Origin: Candidatus Saccharimonadota bacterium
GTDB taxonomy: Bacteria; Patescibacteriota; Gracilibacteria; Absconditabacterales; Absconditicoccaceae
DNA: 32,000 nucleotides
Direction of reading: 5' to 3'
Assembly: GCA_965231145.1 (NCBI GenBank)
Contig: OZ246420.1
Span: 1,050,001 to 1,082,000, forward strand
How positions within the stretch are numbered: position 1 is the first letter of the stretch; the number at the start of each line of letters is the position of its first letter. Shown in pieces: positions 17,271 through 25,498 of the stretch. Both the position numbers and the translations under genes were made by a program. The notes below the pieces were generated by a model. It saw only the letters and a list, made by a program, of their open reading frames with translations, had not been told where the DNA came from and did not search any database.

Positions 17271-18041
17271 ATGAGCTTTCTCGACGACCTTGCCTCGTAT
17301 TACGATCATGAAGCTGATAAATTTCACCACACACGCCAACGCCACTGGCCAGAATTTGACGTGCTTGTTGACGAAATAAAGACTCATTTTGCAAAAAAGA
17401 AAACACTTCGTGTGCTGGAAATATGATGCTGAAGTGGCAGGCTGTATGCTCATCTATGTAAGGCTCTACCAACAAAAACCTTCTCTTATACATGAATAGA
17501 TATTTCTAAAAACCTTATCCAGAAAGCAAAAGCAGAATATCCAGACACAACATGGAAAGTGGGGAACATGACAGAATTTCTACAGGGTGTAAAACAAGAA
17601 GAATATGATCTGGTAATAGGTATAGCTAGTTTTCATCACCTTCCCTCATCGCGCATGAGAATCACCACAGCAAACCATATCTACAGAGCACTTTCTTACG
17701 AAGGCATTTGTTTTTTAACCAATCGGTCGGACAGCGAGCGATTTCGCAAAAGATTTCGCAAAAGCATTGTGCTAGCGCGACTTAAGAGCGTAGTTTCTCT
17801 GGGCATTTACAGACCAAACGATCTTTTTCTCCCATGGAAAAACGACACACACAAAAAGGTCTTTCATAGATATTATCATATATTTTCGCCTCAAGAGCTT
17901 CTGAATATCGCAAAGATAAGCTGATTTTGAGCCATGGAACAGTTCTATATTACCAGTGAATGAGAAAGGACTCCGGACAAGAAACATAGCAGAAACCTCT
18001 GCAGCATCCGAAAAAAGTCTGTCTTTCTCAATCAATCATAA
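17271..18041 (+). CDS. Class I SAM-dependent methyltransferase (small-molecule/RNA type)
   Basis: Track ORF 17559-17924 plus flanks are one frame from ATG 17271 to TAA 18039-18041, with 6 in-frame TGA (17424, 17430, 17493, 17922, 17928, 17961). Motif I is VLEIGCGSGRL with two TGA-encoded Gly. The post-I/II region reads DLVIGIASFHHL. No (D/N)PP(Y/F) DNA-MTase motif is seen. Confidence 0.8.
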
Positions 18042-18059
18042 CCGTCTTTTTTCTTTTCC

Positions 18060-18081
18060 CCCTCTCCGGAGGGCTTTTTTA
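18060..18081 (+). terminator. Intrinsic terminator after the methyltransferase gene
   Basis: CCCTC-tccg-GAGGG followed by CTTTTTT. Confidence 0.65.
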
Positions 18082-18084
18082 TAC

Positions 18085-18109
18085 AAAAAAAGCCCTCGAC
18101 ACGAGGGCT
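18085..18109 (-). terminator. Intrinsic terminator after dcd
   Basis: Minus-sense AGCCCTCG-tgt-CGAGGGCT followed by TTTTTTT. It is convergent with the previous terminator. Confidence 0.75.
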
Positions 18110-18131
18110 TATAGTCCTATTAATACGATAT

Positions 18132-18716
18132 TTATTCTTTCCACACGGGATCCTTACCAAAATTCTTCCACATCCTGCTTTCTACGGGCTTTCTATTTCT
18201 ATTCGCATATGAATTCGCGTTATATTTCTGCCCAGGTTTTTGGCCATACAAGTTATTTATTTCTCCTTCAACAACCTGATAAATAAGTTGGCCGATAGGC
18301 ATTCCCTTATAGACGCGAACCGGCTCTGTAACAGTAATTTCAAGGGTCCATGTATTGCAAAAACCCACATCACCCTTTCCGGCCGTATCGTGAATTTTAA
18401 GACTGAGCCGCCCCGTTGACGACTTGCCCTCCAAAAAAGGAACATATGGCGCATGTGTTTCTGTATATTCATGCGTAATTCCAAGGTAGAACCTGTTTGG
18501 CATAAAGACAAATCCCTCTTTTTTAATTTTCGTATAGCGGATCTCCAATGGCTTCTTAGCATCTAAGATGCCATCTGCCGGTCGCACATATTCAGCTATC
18601 CATTCCCCCAGATGAACATCATAGGAGTTAGAGCCGAGACATTGTTTATGAAAAGGTTTGATCACTATCGCCCCTTTCTTTATTTCCTCTAAAATTCTGC
18701 TGTCTGAGAGTATCAT
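18132..18716 (-). CDS. dcd: dCTP deaminase
   Basis: MILSDSRILEEIKKGAIVIKPF...GSNSYDVHLG...LEGKSSTGRLSL...NTWTLEI is typical of Dcd (dUTPase-like fold). The track ORF was trimmed to ATG 18716. Length is ordinary at 194 aa. Confidence 0.9.
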   Translation of the reverse strand: MILSDSRILEEIKKGAIVIKPFHKQCLGSNSYDVHLGEWIAEYVRPADGILDAKKPLEIRYTKIKKEGFVFMPNRFYLGITHEYTETHAPYVPFLEGKSSTGRLSLKIHDTAGKGDVGFCNTWTLEITVTEPVRVYKGMPIGQLIYQVVEGEINNLYGQKPGQKYNANSYANRNRKPVESRMWKNFGKDPVWKE

Positions 18717-18742
18717 TTCATTGTATTTTTGGTTACATAGAT

Positions 18743-18770
18743 ATTGTATAAATCTTCCTTCTGTTTTCAA
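18743..18770 (-). promoter_or_regulatory. Putative sigma70-like promoter for dcd
   Basis: Minus-sense TTGAAA (18770-18765), a 16-nt spacer, then TACAAT (18748-18743). It lies between the secY terminator and the dcd start. Confidence 0.35.
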
Positions 18771-18776
18771 TGTATA

Positions 18777-18806
18777 ACAAAAAGAAAAGCCGCAGACAAT
18801 GCGGCC
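18777..18806 (-). terminator. Intrinsic terminator immediately after secY
   Basis: Minus-sense GCCGCA-ttgtc-TGCGGC followed by TTTTCTTTTT. Confidence 0.7.
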
Positions 18807-18826
18807 TTTCAATATGTTTAATAGTT

Positions 18827-20152
18827 TTATACTCTGTCATATTTGTGCATGAGAAGCTCTGACTGAGCTTTGTTGACGATCTCCTGTACAACACCTACGA
18901 TGATGATGATACCCGAACCAGTTACGATAACTGGAAGCGTACCAAGCGTTTGTGTGAGTTGCTGGATAAATGGAATGTAAGTAAGTACATATGAGTAGAT
19001 ACCTACGAGACCAAGACCAATCCCTCCCCAAAGGCAGAGATGAGAAAGTACTTTGTTCAAGTATTTCGCTGTTTCTGCTCCTGGTCTAATACCTGGTGTA
19101 AATCCGCCTCTCTTTTGGATATTGTCTGCGATCTTCTCAGGATTGAACACGATCATCGTATAGAAGAACGTGAATGCGATGATAAGAAGGAAATAGACAA
19201 CAATAGCGAGAATAGAAGGCTGTTGATTGTAGATATTAAAGTTTCTTTCTATCCACTGAGCAACCTGCATAACAGTCTGGTTTTGTGTACCAAACTTAAT
19301 CACAAGCTGAGAAAGAAGGTATGGGAATGTCGCAAATGCAATAGCGAAGATGATAGGGATCATTCCTACTGGATTGAGGGGGATAGGAAGCGATGAGCTT
19401 TCCTGAACCTTTCCTTGTTTCGCGTAGATGATAGGTATCTCCTTGATCGTTTTGAGAAGGAAGATCGAAAGGATGATAAGACCCAATACGATAATAAGCA
19501 TGAAAAGAACTACGCTTATCCAGTCACTTCCTGCAGCAGATATGTCATTGTATACCTTAGAGACGATACCTGAAACGATAGAAGCAAAGATGATAAGAGA
19601 AATACCATTGCTGAGACCTTTTTCCGTAATACGCTCACCGATGTACATAAGCATGATGGCTCCGATAGCAAGCACACCAGCAGCCATACATACAAGACCA
19701 AAATTAGTTGTATCTAAGAGCTGACCTCCAAGAAGGTAGTTCATGAAGTATGTCATACCAATACCCTGAAGGAATGCGAGAGGGAAAGCAATCCATCTTG
19801 TATACTGCTGGATCTTCATCGTTCCCTGCTCACCTTGTTCCTGAAGCTCTTCAAGCGAAGGAATAATAGCAGTAAGAAGCTGCATGATGATCGAAGCATT
19901 GATGTATGCCCCAAGACCCACCGCAATGATAGAAAATTGATCAAGCGATCCTCCAAGAAGCATGGCAAAGTACTGGAGACCTCCGGCATTTCCCAGAGAT
20001 GTTTGGCTTAGCAGGTTTGTAATATTAACAAATGGAACCGGCATAAACACAAGCAATCTGTAAAGCGCCAAAAACACTAACGTCCACAATATCTTTGTTC
20101 TGATAGTCTTACTACGAAATGCATCACCGATACTCGTTAATATATTGCTCAT
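18827..20152 (-). CDS. secY: Preprotein translocase subunit SecY
   Basis: Uninterrupted 441-aa track ORF. It is a 10-helix protein with a typical SecY N-terminus (..LRKILFTL-like KILWTLVFLALYRL) and sits in the canonical position after rplO. Confidence 0.95.
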   Translation of the reverse strand: MSNILTSIGDAFRSKTIRTKILWTLVFLALYRLLVFMPVPFVNITNLLSQTSLGNAGGLQYFAMLLGGSLDQFSIIAVGLGAYINASIIMQLLTAIIPSLEELQEQGEQGTMKIQQYTRWIAFPLAFLQGIGMTYFMNYLLGGQLLDTTNFGLVCMAAGVLAIGAIMLMYIGERITEKGLSNGISLIIFASIVSGIVSKVYNDISAAGSDWISVVLFMLIIVLGLIILSIFLLKTIKEIPIIYAKQGKVQESSSLPIPLNPVGMIPIIFAIAFATFPYLLSQLVIKFGTQNQTVMQVAQWIERNFNIYNQQPSILAIVVYFLLIIAFTFFYTMIVFNPEKIADNIQKRGGFTPGIRPGAETAKYLNKVLSHLCLWGGIGLGLVGIYSYVLTYIPFIQQLTQTLGTLPVIVTGSGIIIIVGVVQEIVNKAQSELLMHKYDRV

Positions 20153-20176
20153 GACAAAGTGTCTAAGATCTTAAAA

Positions 20177-20243
20177 AGCAATCAGATTATAGATTGTAGA
20201 TGTCGGCTTGCTGCTAAAATCTAACATCTATCATCTAATTGCT
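20177..20243. repeat. TAGAT-word palindromic element, copy D (67 bp)
   Basis: agcaatCAGATtaTAGATtgTAGATgtcggcttgctgctaaaATCTAAcATCTAtcATCTAAttgct. It lies 15 nt below the rplO stop and 24 nt above the secY start. Confidence 0.85.
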
Positions 20244-20258
20244 ATATGTAACATATAT

Positions 20259-20705
20259 CTATTTAACGGTTCCTCCTGCTTTTTCAATCTTTTCCTGTGC
20301 TGACTGAGAAATAGCGTCCATACCTGTAAGTGAAATCTTCTTTGTGAGTTCACCATTACCAAGTACTTTTACCTTCTCTCCCTTCTTGATAAGTCCAGCT
20401 TCAATAAGAAGTTCTTTTGTTACTTCTCCTTTGATCTCTGGATGGTTCTCGAGCGATGAAAGGTTGATAGCAACGAACTTATTAACAAGCTTGAATGGTT
20501 TCTTGAAACCCCTCATCTTAGGAAGTCTTTGCACGAGAGGCGTTTGTCCACCCTCAAACCATGCAGGCATACCAGCTCCAGCTCTTTGTCCTTCACCTTT
20601 ATTTCCTCTTCCTGAGGTATTTCCTCTTCCAGAGCTGTCTCCTCTTCCTCTTTGGATTCTAGGATCTTTAAGGCCTTTACTTCTTTTAAGTGTATATCCA
20701 AACAT
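20259..20705 (-). CDS. rplO: 50S ribosomal protein L15
   Basis: Uninterrupted track ORF with a Gly/Arg-rich N-terminus (RGRGDSSGRGNTSGRGNKG) and FEGGQTPL motif. Confidence 0.95.
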   Translation of the reverse strand: MFGYTLKRSKGLKDPRIQRGRGDSSGRGNTSGRGNKGEGQRAGAGMPAWFEGGQTPLVQRLPKMRGFKKPFKLVNKFVAINLSSLENHPEIKGEVTKELLIEAGLIKKGEKVKVLGNGELTKKISLTGMDAISQSAQEKIEKAGGTVK

Positions 20706-20733
20706 TGTGATATCTCTGTAAGATTAAAATAGA

Positions 20734-21471
20734 TTATTTCTTAGGAGCAGGCTTCTTTGCTGGAGCACCCTTCTTGTCACCAGTTGGAGCAGTTCTTCTT
20801 GGTGCTCTCTTTGCCTTTTCTTCTTCAGCCTTTTCCGCCTTTTGATTTTGCATAGTCTGCATAGCATCGTGCTTTGGAAGCGTTGATCTGTCTACCTTGT
20901 ATGAACTAAGAGCCTGGATAGTAGCAAGCGCATTATTGAGTTTATTATTAGTACCCATGATCTTTGAAAGCACGTTTGTATAACCAGCAAGCTCCATAAC
21001 AGAACGGAGAGCAGATCCTGCCTTCAAACCCGTACCAGGCGCAGCAGGGATAAGCTTAATCATTGCTGACTTATACTTATGTGACACTGTATATGGAACA
21101 GAACCTGAAGCTGTGATAGGAGCAACCTTGATATTTTTGTATGCTTCATGTGTCGCTTTTCTTACAGCAATAGACACGTCCGCACCCTTTGAGATACCAA
21201 GACCAATCTTACCTTTCTTATTACCAACTAAGATGATTGCTCTGAAAGAAAGCTGACGTCCACCAGTATTTACTCTGGTAACCCTTCTTACCTCCAAAAG
21301 AATCTCGTCGAACTCTTTCTTTGGCTTATCTTTCTTGTCTCCTCTCTCAGATCTGTCTCCTCTTGGGTGTCTTGGAGCTCCGTGAGTCGCTACAGCTTCA
21401 GCAGGCGCTGCAGAAGATGTGATGTTTTCATCTCCTCCAGTTTCTAATTGCTTTTCTTCTGTCATAGACAT
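20734..21471 (-). CDS. rpsE: 30S ribosomal protein S5 with N- and C-terminal extensions (245 aa)
   Basis: Uninterrupted track ORF. The S5 core (LEVRRVTRVNTGGRQLSFRAIILVGN...GTGLKAG) is flanked by a ~55-aa N-terminal tail and a ~45-aa Lys/Ala/Pro-rich C-terminal tail. Confidence 0.9.
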   Translation of the reverse strand: MSMTEEKQLETGGDENITSSAAPAEAVATHGAPRHPRGDRSERGDKKDKPKKEFDEILLEVRRVTRVNTGGRQLSFRAIILVGNKKGKIGLGISKGADVSIAVRKATHEAYKNIKVAPITASGSVPYTVSHKYKSAMIKLIPAAPGTGLKAGSALRSVMELAGYTNVLSKIMGTNNKLNNALATIQALSSYKVDRSTLPKHDAMQTMQNQKAEKAEEEKAKRAPRRTAPTGDKKGAPAKKPAPKK

Positions 21472-21527
21472 GTTACTTATATACTATAAAACATAAAATG
21501 CATGTAGATATTGATTGCTATAATGAA

Positions 21528-21887
21528 TTAGTTTTTGAGTCCTCCTTCATTTGCTCCTACGGAAAGGTTTTTTACTCTTCCATGGAATCTGTATCCATTT
21601 CTGTCAAAAACAACCTCAGAGACACCTTTGTCTGTAGCCTTCTTCGCGATAGCTTTTCCTACCTCCATAGCTCTCTCTGTCTTTGTTCCTTTCTTCATAT
21701 CTCTATCATCTGCAGCGGCAATTACCTTTCCTGAAAGATCAATCACTTGCGCGTAGATGTACAGATTTGACTTATTAATAACAAGTCTTGGAAGAGAAGC
21801 TCCAGCTTTGATAGCCGTATTTACTCTTCTTTTTCTTTGTGCGTATCTTCCAGCTTTTGCTTGTAGTGCACGAGTTAGATTTTTCAT
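21528..21887 (-). CDS. rplR: 50S ribosomal protein L18
   Basis: Uninterrupted track ORF with L18-like sequence, in operon position between L6 and S5. Confidence 0.9.
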   Translation of the reverse strand: MKNLTRALQAKAGRYAQRKRRVNTAIKAGASLPRLVINKSNLYIYAQVIDLSGKVIAAADDRDMKKGTKTERAMEVGKAIAKKATDKGVSEVVFDRNGYRFHGRVKNLSVGANEGGLKN

Positions 21888-21926
21888 GACAGTACCACTA
21901 ATAAAAATGATTAAAAAGATATATTA

Positions 21927-22472
21927 TTATTTCTTCGCAGCCTTACCAGCCTTGAGTTTTACTACTTCGTCTATGTATCTAATACCCTTTCCTTTGTATG
22001 GTTCAGGAGCCTTAAGAGCTCTGATTTTTGCTGCGGTTTCGCCGATCACTTCTTTATCTATACTTACCAATGTAATAATATCATTACCCTTTGCATCTTT
22101 TTCTATCGACGCAGTAACAACCTTTGGTACGTTAAACATAACTGGATGAGAGAAACCAAGCGCAAACTGGATGTTTGTTCCCTGCATCTTTGCAGTATAA
22201 CCCACTCCGAGCACCTGAAGCTTCTTTTGATATCCGTTGCTTACTCCTTCTACCATATTTGCGATAAGAGTTCTTGAGAGCCCCCAGAGATTCTTCTTAC
22301 TATCGTCCTCTATAGTTACCACAACTTCACCCTCCTGCACAGTAGCAAATACACCATCAAGCAATGTATATGAAAGCGATCCTTTCGGTCCCTTTACCGC
22401 AACAGTCTTTCCTGTGATAGTCACTTCAACTCCACTAGGAAGCGCGATACTTTTTTTACCTATTTTTGACAT
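21927..22472 (-). CDS. rplF: 50S ribosomal protein L6
   Basis: Uninterrupted track ORF. MSKIGKKSIALPSGVEV...GKTVAVKGPKG is a typical L6 start. Confidence 0.95.
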   Translation of the reverse strand: MSKIGKKSIALPSGVEVTITGKTVAVKGPKGSLSYTLLDGVFATVQEGEVVVTIEDDSKKNLWGLSRTLIANMVEGVSNGYQKKLQVLGVGYTAKMQGTNIQFALGFSHPVMFNVPKVVTASIEKDAKGNDIITLVSIDKEVIGETAAKIRALKAPEPYKGKGIRYIDEVVKLKAGKAAKK

Positions 22473-22503
22473 TGTATAGCCGAGTAGATAATAATAAAAA
22501 CGA

Positions 22504-22908
22504 TTAGTAGATTTCTGCTATAAGCTCACCTCCTATTTTCTTCTGTTTTGCCACATGAGTAGGCATAAGACCTTGTGAAGTCGACATGATACCTATACCG
22601 CGCCCGGCTGCAACAGGTTTAATTTCCTTATAAGAAACATACCAGCGTCTTGATGGTCTTGAGTAAAACTTGATCACCGGTATATCGTTGATCTCGTCTT
22701 CTACCTCCTTCAAGGTGATGCTGATAGTTTTTTTTGCGCCTTCAGTCACGACATCATACGAAAGTATGAAACCGTACTGCTTCAATAGCTCAAGCACGTT
22801 TACCTTAAAATTAGAATAAACAACACCGTCCACCTGCGTTCTTCTCGCCATGTACGCGTTTTTTATTCTAATCAGGAGATCATGTATAGGAGCGTTCACA
22901 AAACTCAT
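22504..22908 (-). CDS. rpsH: 30S ribosomal protein S8
   Basis: APIHDLLIRIKNAYMAR and ...GGELIAEIY are S8 hallmarks. The track ORF was trimmed to ATG 22908. Confidence 0.9.
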   Translation of the reverse strand: MSFVNAPIHDLLIRIKNAYMARRTQVDGVVYSNFKVNVLELLKQYGFILSYDVVTEGAKKTISITLKEVEDEINDIPVIKFYSRPSRRWYVSYKEIKPVAAGRGIGIMSTSQGLMPTHVAKQKKIGGELIAEIY

Positions 22909-22943
22909 GGAATAGTTAACAGAAAAATATAAAGAAAGGTATA

Positions 22944-23168
22944 CTACCAACTTGCTTTTTTCAGACCAACAATCAGTCCTTCTCTTGCGTACTTTCTTAG
23001 GCACACTCTGCAGATACCAAAATCTCTGAAGTAGCTGTTTGCTCTACCACAGAGTTTACATCTGTTGTAGTACTTTGTAGCATCTTTCATAGGCTTTCCG
23101 TCTGCGATAGCTTTTACTCTGCGCGCATCAAGCTTGGCTTGCTTTACCTTAAGTGCATTTCTTGCCAT
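22944..23168 (-). CDS. rpsN: 30S ribosomal protein S14 (zinc-binding CxxC...CxxC form)
   Basis: Uninterrupted track ORF with CKLCGR...CRVCLR and a C-terminal GLKKASW. Confidence 0.9.
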   Translation of the reverse strand: MARNALKVKQAKLDARRVKAIADGKPMKDATKYYNRCKLCGRANSYFRDFGICRVCLRKYAREGLIVGLKKASW

Positions 23169-23198
23169 GGATATGGTATGATATAGAGTATTAAAAGA

Positions 23199-23744
23199 TT
23201 ATTTTTCAATGAAGATGAATCCGAGTGCTTTCATCATAGCGACAGCATCTTCTCTTGTGAGCGCATTAGTTACAATATTTACTTGTATACCCATAACCGC
23301 ATTTGCGTCGTCACCAAGAATTTCAGGGAAGATTGCTTGTGATGGAAGACCGATATTATAGTTGTTATTCGGGTCAAAGCTTTTTGGACTCAATCCAACG
23401 AAGTCTCTTACACGAGGCATAACCATCTTTGTCAGTTTATCAAGAAACTCGTATGCTTTTTCTCTTCTGAGCGTCACTTTAAGCATAACAGGCATATCTT
23501 CTCTTAACTTGAAGTTCGAGATAGCCTTCTTAGATCTCACCATAACAGGCTTCTGTCCTGTAATAGCAGCAAGGTTTTTTTCGATGTCAGTGAAATCCTT
23601 CACACCTTTCCTTGTTGCAAGAGAACCGATACCAACACTTACTATGACCTTATCAAGGGTCGGAACTTCATGAATATTTTTTTTCTGAAGATCTTTCTTT
23701 AGTGTCAATCTTGTCTCTGATTTATATTGTTGATAGATACTCAT
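23199..23744 (-). CDS. rplE: 50S ribosomal protein L5
   Basis: Uninterrupted track ORF with L5-like sequence, in operon position. Confidence 0.95.
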   Translation of the reverse strand: MSIYQQYKSETRLTLKKDLQKKNIHEVPTLDKVIVSVGIGSLATRKGVKDFTDIEKNLAAITGQKPVMVRSKKAISNFKLREDMPVMLKVTLRREKAYEFLDKLTKMVMPRVRDFVGLSPKSFDPNNNYNIGLPSQAIFPEILGDDANAVMGIQVNIVTNALTREDAVAMMKALGFIFIEK

Positions 23745-23788
23745 CTGAGTAATAAACTATAAACTAAATATGTTGCTTCTTTTTCTTA

Positions 23789-24079
23789 TTACTTAACCGC
23801 TTTTCCTGTCGATTTAAGCGTTCTTGTTTTCTTTCCGCTCTTGTCAACACTGATACCCACTCTTGAAGGCTTCTTTGATTGTTCATCATAAAGCATCACG
23901 TTTGATATATGAATAGGCTTGATCTTGTCAACAAATCCTTGTCCTTTCACAGCCTTTTTCATTACGTTGATTCCTTTGACAACAACCTTGTCTCCGCTTA
24001 CAGATTCTACTGTAGAGTTTTTTCCTTTAAACTTTCCAGCAATGACCATAACAGCATCTCCGGTCTTAATTTTTTTCAT
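23789..24079 (-). CDS. rplX: 50S ribosomal protein L24
   Basis: Uninterrupted track ORF. MKKIKTGDAVMVIAGKFKGK is the L24 KOW start. Confidence 0.95.
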   Translation of the reverse strand: MKKIKTGDAVMVIAGKFKGKNSTVESVSGDKVVVKGINVMKKAVKGQGFVDKIKPIHISNVMLYDEQSKKPSRVGISVDKSGKKTRTLKSTGKAVK

Positions 24080-24124
24080 GGTAGGCTTCTATAAAAGTAA
24101 AGTAGTGTAAAATATGGTAGATAA

Positions 24125-24493
24125 TTAGATGACTTCTTCAGCAAGCGAAGCAACGTCTTTAAACCCAACTTCTCTGAGTTCTCTTGCTACAGGTCCAAAA
24201 ATTCTTTTTCCTAGTGGCTCACTATCTTTATTGATAAGAGCAACTGCGTTATCATCAAATCTTACATAAGTTCCATCTTTTCTTCTTATCTCTTTTCTTG
24301 TTCTTACGACAACAGCCCATGAAGTTTCACCCTTCTTGAAGTTAGAGCTTGGAGCAACATCTTTGAACGCCACAACAACCTTATCTCCAATAGTAGCCTT
24401 ACTCGCAGAAGAACCTTTCAAGATACGAAAAATCTGTGCTCTTTTAACTCCTGTGTTATCAGCAACGATAACTTCCGATTCATTTTGCAACAT
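24125..24493 (-). CDS. rplN: 50S ribosomal protein L14
   Basis: Uninterrupted track ORF. MLQNESEVIVADNTGVK is the L14 start. Confidence 0.95.
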   Translation of the reverse strand: MLQNESEVIVADNTGVKRAQIFRILKGSSASKATIGDKVVVAFKDVAPSSNFKKGETSWAVVVRTRKEIRRKDGTYVRFDDNAVALINKDSEPLGKRIFGPVARELREVGFKDVASLAEEVI

Positions 24494-24526
24494 AGTAATT
24501 CAGGATTATGATGTATAAAAGAAATG

Positions 24527-24790
24527 TTATGCAGCGTGAGCAACTACCTCAACAAGTGCCCGTCTTTTAGTCTTGCTGACAGGATTGTTTTGTCTTATTC
24601 TTACTGTATCACCAGTCTTGGCACTATTATTCTCATCATGAGCATAGTACTTAGTTCTTACAGTAAATCTTTTTCTATACAAAGGATGCTGTTTAACGGT
24701 TTTCGTCACTACGACAATAGTCTTGTCCATCTTGTCACTCACAACAGTACCCACCAACTCCTTGATACTTTTTCCTCCGATGATAGTCAT
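24527..24790 (-). CDS. rpsQ: 30S ribosomal protein S17
   Basis: Uninterrupted track ORF with [14 protein letters not shown].. and HPLYRK motifs. Its start overlaps the rpmC stop by 1 nt (TAATG). Confidence 0.95.
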   Translation of the reverse strand: MTIIGGKSIKELVGTVVSDKMDKTIVVVTKTVKQHPLYRKRFTVRTKYYAHDENNSAKTGDTVRIRQNNPVSKTKRRALVEVVAHAA

Positions 24791-25002
24791 TATTGAGCGA
24801 GAGATTTAGAAGATAAAACCGTATTTACTCTTGCAATGTTTCTTCTCACATTGCGGAGCTGATGCGTCTCCTTGAGAGCCTTCACATGATTCTTCATCTT
24901 CAGCTCAAAAAGCTGCTTTCTAAGATCATTGCGCATAGCAACAAGGTCTTTGTATGATTTTCCTGTCAGTTCACTCGTAACGAGTATTGCTGATTTTGCC
25001 AT
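24790..25002 (-). CDS. rpmC: 50S ribosomal protein L29
   Basis: Uninterrupted track ORF with L29-like sequence, in operon position. Confidence 0.9.
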   Translation of the reverse strand: MAKSAILVTSELTGKSYKDLVAMRNDLRKQLFELKMKNHVKALKETHQLRNVRRNIARVNTVLSSKSLAQ

Positions 25003-25043
25003 GGTTATATTCTATACTAATAGACAATAAAAAATGTAGTTGA

Positions 25044-25466
25044 TTATCTCACCTCTCCTTTTTCTACCATTCTGGTTGTCAAAGGAAGCTTGTATGATGC
25101 CATCTTAAGCGCCTCTTCTGCAGTTGCTCTATCGAGACCACTTACTTCAAAGAGAATTCCGCCTTTCTTGATTCTTGCCTGGTAGAAATCTACATCACCC
25201 TTACCAGAACCCATCGGCATTTCTAGACCCTTTTTTGTGTATGGAACATCCGGAAACACTCTAAACCAGAGCTTACCAACTTTTCTCGTATATCTTACGA
25301 TTACTTTTCTGGCAGCTTCTAGTTGTCTGTTAGTCACATAAGCGCTCGTAGTAGCTTTGAGTCCAAAGTCTCCGAAAGAAACCTTGTTTGCTCTTGTAGC
25401 AACCCCGCTTATACGACCTCTCATTTGTTTCCTATATTTCCATCTCTTTGGCGTTAAGATAGACAT
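25044..25466 (-). CDS. rplP: 50S ribosomal protein L16
   Basis: Uninterrupted track ORF. LTPKRWKYRKQMRGR is the L16 start. Confidence 0.95.
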   Translation of the reverse strand: MSILTPKRWKYRKQMRGRISGVATRANKVSFGDFGLKATTSAYVTNRQLEAARKVIVRYTRKVGKLWFRVFPDVPYTKKGLEMPMGSGKGDVDFYQARIKKGGILFEVSGLDRATAEEALKMASYKLPLTTRMVEKGEVR

Positions 25467-25498
25467 CGTTGCTTATTGTTGGATATAAATTAAATGAT

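Noticed and set aside
18132-18716. dcd as a possible anti-phage dCTP-deaminase defence gene.
   Set aside because: It has ordinary housekeeping length (194 aa), no extra N-terminal domain and no associated defence genes. It has its own promoter and terminator.
21500-21522. Short fragments resembling TAGAT-element ends: TAGATattgATTGCTAT at 21505, cAGATg..AAATGCTcTA at about 28222-28247, TAGATcc..ATTTTGCTcT at about 26927-26953, and ATCTAA-n9-TAGAT at 8224-8243.
   Set aside because: Each has only one or two words and no paired arms. They cannot be distinguished from chance in AT-rich spacers without a genome-wide model.
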